Origin: an uncultured Candidatus Saccharibacteria bacterium
Lineage (GTDB): Bacteria > Patescibacteriota > 4484-211 > JAGQKX01
Assembly (NCBI GenBank): GCA_964392315.1
Contig: CAYMOT010000003.1
Span: 3,665-67,664 of the forward strand
Direction: 5' to 3'
DNA length: 64,000 nucleotides
Shown here in pieces: positions 19,414-29,392 of the stretch. A model generated the notes under the pieces. It did not search any database. It was not told the origin of the DNA and saw nothing but the letters and a program-made list of their open reading frames with translations. Both the position numbers and the translations under genes were made by a program. Position 1 is the first letter of the stretch. Each line of letters starts with the position of its first letter.

Positions 19414-20598
19414 TTAAGTTTGTTCTTTTGGTGCTTGCTTACTAATATTTAATAGTACTCCAATACTGACAAGCATCATGGTAAGCGAACTACCCCCATA
19501 CGAAATAAAGGGAAGCGGAACGCCAGTAAGCGGTGCGATTGCAACCATGCTTGTCAGGTTAATAAATGCCTGTACACTTATGATTGCAATAATACCTGCT
19601 GCCAAAAGTTTCCCAAAGGTGTCCTCACACCGCTCCACTATTTCAAAGCCTCTCCAAATAATAACAAGAAACGCAGCGAGCACCAGAATCGCGCCGACAA
19701 ATCCGAGCTCCTCTCCAATTATTGCAAAAATACTATCTGCAGTAACCTCTGGAAGGTATTGATATTTCTGCCGGCTATGTCCCAGCCCAAGACCTAATAA
19801 TCCGCCTGAGCCCAGGGCGATCATTACCTGATTGATGTGATACGAAATATCAGAACTTCGCTGTTGGGGATCCAAAAATGTCAGCACCCTATTGCGTCGA
19901 TACTCGCTGGAAAAAGTAAATCCTAATGCGCCTGCGATAATAACCAACCCCACCACTACCAAGTCGATCATAGGAACTCCCGCTACAAAGTAGACTAGTA
20001 GTGCACTCCCCGCAATAATCATCGAGGTTCCCAGGTCCGGTTGTAGCATAACGAGTCCTATGACAAGACCCACGATGGTCAGAAATGGTCCTACAGTAGA
20101 CAGAGGTTTAGTTGAAGATTGTTTTGTGTTACGCAGTTTTGCCTTCGTCGTTTTTTGAGTATTACCACTTAGCCAGGTTGCCAGATAGAGCACAATTGAA
20201 AACTTTGCAACTTCAGAAGGCTGGATACTGATATGCCCCAGAATTGGAATTCCTGTAGGGAATGATAAACGAGACCGGGCACCATATACCTCGGCTGATA
20301 GACCAGGAATAAGCACTAAAACCAGTAATAATATCGTGATAAAGTACAAAGGTCGTGCCCAATTTCTCCATCGATGGTAGTCTATATTTGACACAAAGTA
20401 TCCGCCTGCAATCCCTAGCATAGCCCACATGCCTTGGTTTTTGAGAAACCAAAATTTGTCACCAAATGATTCATGAGCAACAATGACACTGGTATTATAG
20501 ACCATCATAACGCCAAAAAGTGTCAGTCCTATTACCAAAAGTGCGAGTACATAATCGGGAAGTTTAATGCGAAGAAGGTCTTTTTTTGTAGCTGTCAT
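19414..20598 (-). CDS. ftsW: SEDS-family lipid II polymerase FtsW
   Basis: SEDS motifs (QPSEVAKF, QPDLGTSMI, PLPFISYGGSSL). Assigned as FtsW from its position in the dcw cluster. Confidence 0.8.
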   Translation of the reverse strand: MTATKKDLLRIKLPDYVLALLVIGLTLFGVMMVYNTSVIVAHESFGDKFWFLKNQGMWAMLGIAGGYFVSNIDYHRWRNWARPLYFITILLLVLVLIPGLSAEVYGARSRLSFPTGIPILGHISIQPSEVAKFSIVLYLATWLSGNTQKTTKAKLRNTKQSSTKPLSTVGPFLTIVGLVIGLVMLQPDLGTSMIIAGSALLVYFVAGVPMIDLVVVGLVIIAGALGFTFSSEYRRNRVLTFLDPQQRSSDISYHINQVMIALGSGGLLGLGLGHSRQKYQYLPEVTADSIFAIIGEELGFVGAILVLAAFLVIIWRGFEIVERCEDTFGKLLAAGIIAIISVQAFINLTSMVAIAPLTGVPLPFISYGGSSLTMMLVSIGVLLNISKQAPKEQT

Positions 20599-20644
20599 AG
20601 GTATTTATACTATATCATCTTGGATTACACATACCGCTACATGT

Positions 20645-21697
20645 CTAACGTTTTATTGAAGAGACTACATGCGAACCTATCGTTCGGATATGAGTAGGCA
20701 TTCGCTCGGCTAATGAGGATCGTGCATACGCAAAGGGAGAGAGTACAAAATCATGTGTACGAAGCCAATAAAACTCATTCCCCCCAAGTCCTTGTTTAAA
20801 TTTTGTCAAACCAATACGTGACGCATACCGTTTTCCCGGAGGGGCAATGCCGAAAAGGTCAAAATAAGCACTACCCTGTTCTTTCGCATCGTGTATTGCA
20901 CGCCATACCATATTCGCAGTCGGCGAGAATTTAGAGAGCGGAATACTTGCGGCATGAAGGTACGTGGACATATCGCCAAAACGAAGAATAACTGCTCCAG
21001 CCACATACTGGCCATGATATTTTGCCAAATACAGTGAGGCGTGGTTATCTTTGGCAAAAACCTCGAATTGCTGCCGCATATACGCATCTGTGTATCCTAT
21101 ATACTTTTGCCGCTGCACCATTAGATGATACAAATCAAGAAAAACATCAAACTTCTTACTATCAGCCTTTTCTATCACTACACCTTCTCGCTCAGCTCTC
21201 CTGATGTCATACCGCGTTTGCTTCTCCATATTTTTTAGCAACATATCTGAGGACGCGGATAGGTCTAACATTCTTGTGGCTTCAGCTTGATACCAAAGCA
21301 ACGTTTCTCGAAAACCAAACTGCTTTAAAAATTGTCTCCCTTCAAGCGTATCTTCAAAGGGCAACCTAAGACGCATGAATCCAGCCCGTTGCTTTTTGGC
21401 AAGGTCGCGGACAAAACCTAGCCACTGCCGAAAAGGTTCGGCATCCTCAAGCATATAGTCTTTAGTACAAAGCGGCCCGCCAATGCACTCCATATAGGTA
21501 CCTCGCCTTGAGGGAATACCAATCACCAATGCCGCTCCTATCAACCTATCCTCTTCAAATATACCAACGTAAAATGGAATACTGCCTTGTGACTGCTGAA
21601 ATTCTCCCCATGCCCAAGATTGCAAAAAAGATGCACGCGGAAATTGCTGTACAAAGTCATCCCACAATGTTTTGTCTTTTACAAAATCAAACCGCAT
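20645..21697 (-). CDS. FemAB-family aminoacyl-tRNA-dependent peptidoglycan peptidyltransferase
   Basis: N-terminus SFLQSWAWGEF. C-terminal YLHAAS...VWRAIHDAKEQG...DLFG...GLTKFKQGLGG matches the FemA/FemX core. Confidence 0.7.
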   Translation of the reverse strand: MRFDFVKDKTLWDDFVQQFPRASFLQSWAWGEFQQSQGSIPFYVGIFEEDRLIGAALVIGIPSRRGTYMECIGGPLCTKDYMLEDAEPFRQWLGFVRDLAKKQRAGFMRLRLPFEDTLEGRQFLKQFGFRETLLWYQAEATRMLDLSASSDMLLKNMEKQTRYDIRRAEREGVVIEKADSKKFDVFLDLYHLMVQRQKYIGYTDAYMRQQFEVFAKDNHASLYLAKYHGQYVAGAVILRFGDMSTYLHAASIPLSKFSPTANMVWRAIHDAKEQGSAYFDLFGIAPPGKRYASRIGLTKFKQGLGGNEFYWLRTHDFVLSPFAYARSSLAERMPTHIRTIGSHVVSSIKR

Positions 21698-21713
21698 AAA
21701 ATGTACCTACGAA

Positions 21714-22985
21714 TCAGGGTTTTGCTGTTTCTTGATTATTTGTTATCGGCAATTGTGACAGTAACCCCACAAGGCGTTGGATATCATTCGAAGAGAGCCT
21801 TGGAGAAGTAGGGAGGTTAATTACTTTTTGTGTTATTCTTTCTGCATGCGGGCAGGACCCCATTTTGTATCCAACCGCAGTCAGATCAACAGTAGAGGGA
21901 CCCACAACCTTATCGTACCAATCCCCAAGAATGACGTCATGTGATTGCGCAGATATACGTACGGACTTCGGATCATCAACCAGTACCGGATATCGCAAAT
22001 ACGTCCGCTGTTTTTGATCTGACGGGATATTTAAACCTTCCTTTGACAGTTCCTTTGTATACATCGAGGCTACCCGGCGACGATGCTGCGTAAACTCTTG
22101 TAGCCTCATAAATTGTCGTTTAGCAAGATGAGCATACATTCCGTGCCATCTCCTCAGCACGCTGGCTTCTGGTAACCCTCTCTTTTCGTCTTCAGAATTA
22201 GCACGTTTAATAAGTCCTGAAGTGAGCAGTACGCGATGATACATTTTGCCCAATATTGAGCTCACATAGTACAGCACATACATTTTCTCAATGAAAAGTA
22301 CATAAACCACATCTTGAACACGTTGCATGAAAGTTGGTGATCGAAATGTTTTACGAATTTCTTCAATAGCTTGAGCCAAATTATTATCTTTCGTTAGCGC
22401 CATCCCCCCACTGAGGGCAGTGATACATTTGTCTCTTCCAAAACTAAAAAAGGCGGCGGTACTTTTTGTACCAACGGGGCTTCCATCGTCAAAACGGGAA
22501 CCAAGAGCATGTGCGCAATCTTCGATGAGTGCCAGTCCATACTTTGCTGCCAGCAGTGCATATTGCTCAATATCTACCACGTGACCAAACGTATGCTGTG
22601 CAAGAAGAACTTTGGTACTCTGGGTAACTTTGCTTGCAGCATCGTATAGATCCATGACATATTCATCGGTGATATCAACAAAGACGGGCTTCGCGCCAAC
22701 CCATCGTATTGGATTAACCACAGCGACACAAGTGAATGCTGGCACTAAGACCTCGTCTCCTTCTCCCACCTGAAGCGCGCGCAAAATGGTATACCATGCG
22801 CCCCTGCCCGTATAAAAACTCTTTGCAACATATGATTCACCGTGATAACACTCAAATATGTTTTCAAATTGAGCCACAGCATCTTTTTGTGGCCTTATTA
22901 ACCCACGAATTATTGTAGGAATGTCCGAAATCGATACGTTGGGATTCAGAGAAATTGCCAGTAATGTTGCCATAACATATGCCAA
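21714..22985 (-). CDS. DegT/DnrJ/EryC1/StrS-family PLP-dependent (sugar) aminotransferase
   Basis: VLVPAFTCVAVVNPI...LIEDCAHALGS...FSFGRDKCITALSGG shows the fold-type I sugar aminotransferase signature with the PLP lysine region. Confidence 0.7.
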   Translation of the reverse strand: MAYVMATLLAISLNPNVSISDIPTIIRGLIRPQKDAVAQFENIFECYHGESYVAKSFYTGRGAWYTILRALQVGEGDEVLVPAFTCVAVVNPIRWVGAKPVFVDITDEYVMDLYDAASKVTQSTKVLLAQHTFGHVVDIEQYALLAAKYGLALIEDCAHALGSRFDDGSPVGTKSTAAFFSFGRDKCITALSGGMALTKDNNLAQAIEEIRKTFRSPTFMQRVQDVVYVLFIEKMYVLYYVSSILGKMYHRVLLTSGLIKRANSEDEKRGLPEASVLRRWHGMYAHLAKRQFMRLQEFTQHRRRVASMYTKELSKEGLNIPSDQKQRTYLRYPVLVDDPKSVRISAQSHDVILGDWYDKVVGPSTVDLTAVGYKMGSCPHAERITQKVINLPTSPRLSSNDIQRLVGLLSQLPITNNQETAKP

Positions 22986-23013
22986 TCTTTGTCTTAAGGA
23001 AAAAGGTTTTGTA

Positions 23014-23736
23014 CTAATTACTTGCTAGAAAATGATCTATCTCATCTGCCAGCTCCTCCGGCGAGTCATATGGTAAGGAATGCGTAGCCTGAGAGTATAC
23101 TTTTAACTGAGAATTTTTAATCGCCTCATGCATAACAAGTGCATCAGAAACTGGTACAAATTCATCACGTTTACCCCATAAAATAAGTGTTGGGAGCGTA
23201 ATGCTTGGCAAATACTCGCGAAGATCTTCTGCAATTACGCGCAAAAAAGTTTTCTGCATAACACCGGTAGCACGGTAATAATCTTTTCTCCTCAGTGCCC
23301 GTCGCCATAGAGAATGAACAGACGGGGCGAAGAAAGACAGCAGCGGCAAGTCAAAGATGGCTTTCCCCGTCCCTCCCACAATGCGCAATATACGGGCTTT
23401 GAACGAAAGATGTTGCCGTAATCCTGCTGCTGCAATCAGCACAAGTGATTCAATGGCATCAGTATAGTGTACAGCTAGTGCAATACTGATACGCCCACCA
23501 AATGAATGGCCGCATACAACAAACGAATCCCATCCTTTCTTCGTTGCTACCTCGGTATGAACCCATTGAGCATAATCGCTCACGCACCACGGCTCGTGTG
23601 GCGGATCCGTTCTGCCAAAACCTGGCATATGTGGCTGAAATACATCATGTCCTTTTGCACGAAGTGCATCGGCAAGCGCAGCAATCTTATTTGGTGCATG
23701 TTGCCCCCATCCGTGAAGCAGCACAATACGTTTCAT
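23014..23736 (-). CDS. alpha/beta-fold hydrolase
   Basis: LLHGWG...VCGHSFGG nucleophile elbow (GHSxG). Confidence 0.6.
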   Translation of the reverse strand: MKRIVLLHGWGQHAPNKIAALADALRAKGHDVFQPHMPGFGRTDPPHEPWCVSDYAQWVHTEVATKKGWDSFVVCGHSFGGRISIALAVHYTDAIESLVLIAAAGLRQHLSFKARILRIVGGTGKAIFDLPLLSFFAPSVHSLWRRALRRKDYYRATGVMQKTFLRVIAEDLREYLPSITLPTLILWGKRDEFVPVSDALVMHEAIKNSQLKVYSQATHSLPYDSPEELADEIDHFLASN

Positions 23737-23745
23737 ATAAGTACT

Positions 23746-24990
23746 TTATACTGTTTTTACTGCAAGGCCAATATTTTGAAGTTTCTCATCAAAATCTTGG
23801 TACCGTTCAAACAATTCATGCTCCAGATGCAGTGTAGAAACTCCTTTTGCACCCAGTGCTAATAAAAGAGCAGTATCAACAAACGAAGACGCAGTAACCG
23901 CAACTTCAGCACCTTTAAGGTGTGTCGGGCCAAAAAAACGTACTCCGTTCTCTTCCTTCTGAATCTCTACACCAAATACACCGAGGCCATCTAAGTCTTC
24001 AAAAGTCGTATGAAGTTCAGTATCCCGAATGGTGGTAACCCCATCGCTCTGGGTTAATAAGGGCAGGAGGAGCAAAGCGAATCGTTCATCCACCCCTCGT
24101 TCGCGCACCAGCGCGATGTCCGTTGATTTTAAGAAGCTATTATCATGCCATACATGCAAAGAAGACTGTTCTAATTTGAACCTACCGCCTATCTGTTCTA
24201 TCTTAGATAAAAACGGAACAATGTGCGTAGCTGGAACAGAATCGAGTATCAATTCGCCTTGTGTCATGAGGGTGGCAACGACCCAAAAACATGTTTCGTA
24301 TCGATCACCCGGTATAGAAAATTCTATACCATTTAAGGAGGAGACTTGTGAAATTGAAATGGTATTTGCTTCTTGTTTAATTTGTGCGCCCATAGCATTC
24401 ATTAGTTGAATGAAGGTGTCTAGAACAGGATTCTGCGCACAATTTTTGAGAGTAACAGAGCCAGAACCGAGTAAGCTAAGCAGCAAGGCATGTATCGTTA
24501 GACTCATAAAGGATTTTGGCAAAACATATTCTGAAACGTGCACTTTTTTAGAAATATTGAGAAAGCCATCATTGTCAGTTGCTGTATGCGAAAAGAACGT
24601 GTTCCATAACTGTACATGAAATAATGCCTCTTCTGACAATCGCGATGTATCGATTTTTGCTGCGGCCTTACCATATTGACCGGCGAGTACACCAATAAGC
24701 ATCAACTCAACAAGAGACGTATTAGGACGGGCATTGGGTAAGACTCGTGTCGTGAGATGATTAGATTCAATAAGAAGCGATTTGCTCGATGAAGTGACAC
24801 GCGATCCCAAAAAAGTCATAGTATCGATGAGCTGGTTTACTGCACGAGTACTCGGTGTATTAAAAAGTGTTATAGGTGATGAGGCAAGTGTTGAAAGAAG
24901 AGCCGCAACCATGGTGAATTCTTCCGAACCACCCACAGTTACTTCGCCCTGAACCACCTTTTTGCCATCAATACTATAAGTATATGTCAT
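23746..24990 (-). CDS. EPSP-synthase-fold protein, MurA-like (UDP-GlcNAc enolpyruvyl transferase family), divergent
   Basis: The N-terminus (VVQGEVTVGGSEEFTMVAALLSTLASSPITLFNTP...LGSRV) follows the MurA pattern. The GAKN lysine is replaced (GSEE), and no Cys/Asp precedes ARP in the catalytic loop. Confidence 0.45.
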   Translation of the reverse strand: MTYTYSIDGKKVVQGEVTVGGSEEFTMVAALLSTLASSPITLFNTPSTRAVNQLIDTMTFLGSRVTSSSKSLLIESNHLTTRVLPNARPNTSLVELMLIGVLAGQYGKAAAKIDTSRLSEEALFHVQLWNTFFSHTATDNDGFLNISKKVHVSEYVLPKSFMSLTIHALLLSLLGSGSVTLKNCAQNPVLDTFIQLMNAMGAQIKQEANTISISQVSSLNGIEFSIPGDRYETCFWVVATLMTQGELILDSVPATHIVPFLSKIEQIGGRFKLEQSSLHVWHDNSFLKSTDIALVRERGVDERFALLLLPLLTQSDGVTTIRDTELHTTFEDLDGLGVFGVEIQKEENGVRFFGPTHLKGAEVAVTASSFVDTALLLALGAKGVSTLHLEHELFERYQDFDEKLQNIGLAVKTV

Positions 24991-25035
24991 AGGACATGTC
25001 TGCGTAATGTGATGTGCATTATACCCTAATAAGCT

Positions 25036-26868
25036 TTACTGCGGTGGTATACCGAAGTACGTAATCAACTCTCGTGTCATACGAAGCCAGAGGGGAACTG
25101 CCGTGTCGGCAGAAAAAGTGGAGGTTTTTGGTTGATTAAGACGTACCAACAATACAAACACTGGGTCATCTTCGGGAACAAACCCGACAAACGTAACATT
25201 AGTCTTGTTGGGATCGTACCCCCCAGGTACGGGGATTTGTGCGGTTCCAGTTTTTCCAGCAATTGAATAGTTCTCTAAGTTCTGGCGTTTCACAAACCAT
25301 TGGAATTCACCATGCACCACCACCTGCCGGAGAAGAGATTGCATTGTTTGCGCAGTATGAGGTGAAAACGGTTGCCCTATTACGGTTGGTTTAATCGTGA
25401 CCTGTTCTTGCGACATCGTATTCTCCAAAGAAGATACGATATAGGGCTTCATCATGACCCCATCATTGGCAATAGTAGCCATCATAGTCGTCAGCTGCAA
25501 GGGGGTAACCGAAATTCCTTGTCCAAAAGAGGAAGTTGCCAAGTCTATATCTCTCCATGTTGACTTCGGTTTCACTAATCCGCGCTCCTCTCCCTGTAAC
25601 TCAATATGTAATAAATCTCCAAACCCCATGGCATCCAAGTAACTCCAGTATGTAGGGAATCCTATCTTAAGCCCAATTGTCGCTGCACCCGGATTATTAG
25701 ACAATTGTAGTATCTGCGCTGTGGTGATGTCACCTGAATATTTATTGTTCCACGTTTTAATTTGGTAGCCTTGTATGGTTAACGGACCTTCGTCATGATA
25801 GATGGTGTCTGGTGTGACTACACCTTGCTCAAGCGCCACTGAAGCAGTGAAAGCTTTCATTACTGATCCTGGCTCATAATTATCAGAAATTGCGGTATCT
25901 TTGAACACACTCACCCGCGCGACATCAGTTTCATCTTCAAGATAATCTATCCAATTACCTGGGTCATACGTAGGAGCACCACCCATTGCCCATATTTCGC
26001 CTGTTTTGGGATCAAGTAAAATATAATCTCCGTATTCAGCTTTATACATTTCCACCCCTTCTTGAAGAAGTGTATCAAGGATGAATTGCAGCTCTCTTCG
26101 TATCGTAAGCGTTACATTGAGCCCAGGCTTTGCAGGTATTGGATAAAAATCACCGATTGGAATAGGCTTCCCCTCTGCGTCAACCTCCATATGCACCTGG
26201 CCATGAGTACCGGTAAGCTCACCATTAAAATACCCTTCTATGCCAAAATACCCTGTAGGTTTGCCAAATTCATCTGAGCCGACAAACCCAAGTACATGTG
26301 CTGCAAGTGTGCCTTCTGGATAAACACGTTTCTTTTCCTGTTCAAAGTAGATGCCGGGAAAATCTTTCTCAGAAATTAGATCTTTTTCACTAACCGATAG
26401 GCCTCGTATGACCGGAACCCATAACCGATCCTTTTGCTCAAGGAGTCCTCTCAATTCTTCAGTACGCAACTTTTTGATATCATCCCACTCTGCTTCATCC
26501 TTGACCGAGCATTTTTCATCTTGTTCAGTAAGCGGTTTAGAGAGAACACACACCTTGTGCCGAAACGGTAACAGTTTTAATAATTCTTCTGCTACTCCTT
26601 TGGCATCAATTACTTCTGGTGGTACCGCAAACAGAAGATATGCTTCTTGAGTAGTGGCGAGTTCCGTACCGTCGGCACTCAATATCTTACCTCGTTCCGC
26701 AATAACTTCACGTGTATATGTATGCTGGCGAGCCGCCAGTGTTTCGTACTTGCTATGTTGTAATAACTGAATTGAAACAAGTCTCAAAGCAATACCTACA
26801 CATACTAATATAAGAAAGGTACGTAGAAGCGTAAATCTCCACGCATGAGGATGGCTTGACCGTGTCAT
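25036..26868 (-). CDS. ftsI: penicillin-binding protein 2/FtsI-type transpeptidase
   Basis: N-terminal TM, SVMKAF (SxxK), LSNN (SxN) and GKTGTAQ (KTG). Confidence 0.85.
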   Translation of the reverse strand: MTRSSHPHAWRFTLLRTFLILVCVGIALRLVSIQLLQHSKYETLAARQHTYTREVIAERGKILSADGTELATTQEAYLLFAVPPEVIDAKGVAEELLKLLPFRHKVCVLSKPLTEQDEKCSVKDEAEWDDIKKLRTEELRGLLEQKDRLWVPVIRGLSVSEKDLISEKDFPGIYFEQEKKRVYPEGTLAAHVLGFVGSDEFGKPTGYFGIEGYFNGELTGTHGQVHMEVDAEGKPIPIGDFYPIPAKPGLNVTLTIRRELQFILDTLLQEGVEMYKAEYGDYILLDPKTGEIWAMGGAPTYDPGNWIDYLEDETDVARVSVFKDTAISDNYEPGSVMKAFTASVALEQGVVTPDTIYHDEGPLTIQGYQIKTWNNKYSGDITTAQILQLSNNPGAATIGLKIGFPTYWSYLDAMGFGDLLHIELQGEERGLVKPKSTWRDIDLATSSFGQGISVTPLQLTTMMATIANDGVMMKPYIVSSLENTMSQEQVTIKPTVIGQPFSPHTAQTMQSLLRQVVVHGEFQWFVKRQNLENYSIAGKTGTAQIPVPGGYDPNKTNVTFVGFVPEDDPVFVLLVRLNQPKTSTFSADTAVPLWLRMTRELITYFGIPPQ

Positions 26869-27200
26869 TGTTGGAAAAGACTGGCGAAGGAGTCAAGCGT
26901 GTTCACATAGTGCAAACTTTCAGGAGAAACACGCACAAACCCCATTTCAACAGCCTTCTTCTGTATCGAATCTAGGGCGGAAAGCGCATTATATTGCTCC
27001 TGCAAACGAGCATGCTCATTAGTTAGTTCGGCTTTCCGTTGTTCATACTCATTAATTTGCTGCCCAGCCGTTGCAATTTCTCCAGAAAGCCATATTTGCA
27101 ATCCAAAGAGTCCACTTGCACAAATAAGCGTTACAGCGATAAACACCGAGCGGCGCGTGTAACGTGGGGCAGATTGTATTCTTTTTAATGGCAACTTCAT
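26865..27200 (-). CDS. ftsL: FtsL-like cell division protein
   Basis: Small bitopic protein (TM plus coiled coil) between rsmH and ftsI; its 4-nt overlap with ftsI is an ATGA-type junction. Confidence 0.5.
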   Translation of the reverse strand: MKLPLKRIQSAPRYTRRSVFIAVTLICASGLFGLQIWLSGEIATAGQQINEYEQRKAELTNEHARLQEQYNALSALDSIQKKAVEMGFVRVSPESLHYVNTLDSFASLFQQ

Positions 27201-28138
27201 AGCTTTTCTGCAATTCGTAAGCGTGCTGACCGAGCCCGTCGGTTTCGATAGATTTCTTCATCTGTCGGCCGTATGGCTTTTTTAGTGACAATCTTCACAT
27301 CAGGACTATTCCTGAAGAAAAGTTTTACAATCCGATCTTCTAATGAGTGAAACGAAATTACTGCAATTCGTCCTCCTGGCCTAAGCAGCGTATGTGCTCC
27401 CACAAGTCCAAGCCGTATTGCCTGCAATTCTTCATTCACTGCGATCCGTATTGCCTGAAATACCTGTGCTAATACATCTTGTCTTTTCTCAAGAGGAACC
27501 CTCCCGGTAATTGCTTGTATTACCTCAATAAGCTGGCCTGTAGTCTTGAGCGGCTTTATTGAACGGGCGCGTTCAATACCGTAAGCAAGCTCTTGAGCAA
27601 ATTGTTGTTCGCCAAAATTCGTAAAAATCTCATATAGCTGTGATACTGAACTGGTGTTTATAATATATTCAGCATTTTTTGTAAGAGATGCGTCCATTCG
27701 CATATCAAGCGGCTCATCCTTCTTAAAGGTAAATCCCCTTTTTGATCCGTCAATATGATAACTGCTCATCCCCAAATCCATTATGACTCCATGCACTTGG
27801 TCAAAATTATGCAGGCGTGCGATTGGAACGATATCTTTAAAATTTCCATAGATTAAGGTGCCATTTATACTAAGCGCTGCGGGAAGTTCTTCTAATAACC
27901 TTCTTCTGGCATATTCCAAAGCATTTCTATCCTGGTCAATGCCAAGTACTTCTCCGCCTGCTCTTATGATTTCTAATGAATGGCCCCCTCCTCCAAGTGT
28001 CGCATCAATAAACTTCTTTTTAGGTGCGACCTGTAAATGTGCGATAGCCTCCTGTTTTAAAACCGACACATGAAAATTTTCCTCCATATTCCTCGTGTTA
28101 GCACGAAATGAGCATTGTGGCAGATCCTGTATCTTCAC
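27197..28138 (-). CDS. rsmH: 16S rRNA m4C1402 methyltransferase RsmH (MraW)
   Basis: HVSVL...IDATLGGGGHS and RRARSARLR are present. Confidence 0.9.
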   Translation of the reverse strand: MKIQDLPQCSFRANTRNMEENFHVSVLKQEAIAHLQVAPKKKFIDATLGGGGHSLEIIRAGGEVLGIDQDRNALEYARRRLLEELPAALSINGTLIYGNFKDIVPIARLHNFDQVHGVIMDLGMSSYHIDGSKRGFTFKKDEPLDMRMDASLTKNAEYIINTSSVSQLYEIFTNFGEQQFAQELAYGIERARSIKPLKTTGQLIEVIQAITGRVPLEKRQDVLAQVFQAIRIAVNEELQAIRLGLVGAHTLLRPGGRIAVISFHSLEDRIVKLFFRNSPDVKIVTKKAIRPTDEEIYRNRRARSARLRIAEKL

Positions 28139-28236
28139 TGGTTACAGTGAAGGAGACAGTGACACAGGATCATGCCACTTTGCATCGTTGCATAATTTTG
28201 TGCAATGCAACAGGATACGGTACTATCTCAAAAGTG

Positions 28237-28683
28237 CTATGTAGCCTCTTCTCTTTGTAATCTTATTAACCTGTTTGCTAATTCCGCTGAGTGCTTTGAA
28301 AGCAACACTGAATGCTTTTGCCACACAACCTCATCCCAAATCTCTACCCAAGACCCTAATCCCAAGAAAACAACTGCATTCTGTATCCCTGCGTGATATA
28401 GTAATTTTTCTGGGATCACGAACCTTCCTTGGGCATCCGGTTTCACGGGAAACGCGTTGCCCAAAAGATACCGAGACACCTGTCTTACATCACCCTGAAT
28501 AAAGGGCAGATCGACAACACCATGGGTAATTTTTTCAAACTGTGCATGATTCACTAACACCAGATGTTGCTCAAACCCCGTTGTAGCGATCAGTTCGTTC
28601 CCCAATTCTTTCGCAAACTGCTTAGGAATGGCTATACGATTGCCGGAAGTAACCTTTCCCGCATATTCACCAATTAGCACCAT
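28237..28683 (-). CDS. mraZ: transcriptional regulator MraZ
   Basis: Duplicated MraZ/SpoVT-AbrB-like halves (GNRIAIPKQF / GRFVIPEKL); the first gene of the dcw operon. Confidence 0.85.
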   Translation of the reverse strand: MVLIGEYAGKVTSGNRIAIPKQFAKELGNELIATTGFEQHLVLVNHAQFEKITHGVVDLPFIQGDVRQVSRYLLGNAFPVKPDAQGRFVIPEKLLYHAGIQNAVVFLGLGSWVEIWDEVVWQKHSVLLSKHSAELANRLIRLQREEAT

Positions 28684-28874
28684 ATATCACCAGATTAGAT
28701 CAACTAGTAGACATGTGTCAATAGGGTATTGATATGGAATTGACATTTCCGCGTTATACTTGTTACTTTTGTATAAGTTACTTCTTCAGATGTCCGAAGA
28801 AGGCTAGATAGAAAAAGCCGGGCATTAATATAGATTTTGAAAATGATCACAGAGGCCGGTATGACTATTAAACT

Positions 28875-29363
28875 ATGAGCTTACTGATTTTAGGGAAAAT
28901 TCTTCTTTTTGTTATCATCCTTGTTGTCACTGCAGCAACGTCCTTTTTTGGTATACCCATTGCTATTCTATTTTTAGTTATAGCAACAATTCATTATTGG
29001 CAGAATGGTAGTGTAATTTTCGATGGCGCTACAATAATTCTTCTGATTGCAGCGACATTTTTTGCTGTGTTTCTAGATAACATTGTGTTACTTGTTGGGC
29101 TAAAAAAGACCGATGCAAGCAGAAGAGGATATATCGGTGCATGTATCGGATCCATTGCAGGTCTGTTCACTGCGAGTCTTGTTGGATTCGTCGGTTTCAC
29201 GACAATCGGAGCAATCATAGGAGAACTTATGCACGGAAAGACGCATGGGCAAGCGGTGCGAAGCGGCATCGGTGCAGCAGTGAGCCTCCTCTTTGGCTCG
29301 GTGCTTCGCGCCATACTCACTTTAAGTATCGCTGCCTTCGTTACGTATCAACTGTTATTTTAG
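28875..29363 (+). CDS. small integral membrane protein (DUF456-like)
   Basis: Four predicted TM helices, Gly-rich; no catalytic motif recognised. Confidence 0.4.
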   Translation: MSLLILGKILLFVIILVVTAATSFFGIPIAILFLVIATIHYWQNGSVIFDGATIILLIAATFFAVFLDNIVLLVGLKKTDASRRGYIGACIGSIAGLFTASLVGFVGFTTIGAIIGELMHGKTHGQAVRSGIGAAVSLLFGSVLRAILTLSIAAFVTYQLLF

Positions 29364-29392
29364 AAAAAATACTAAAGGTTTACAGATATCTC

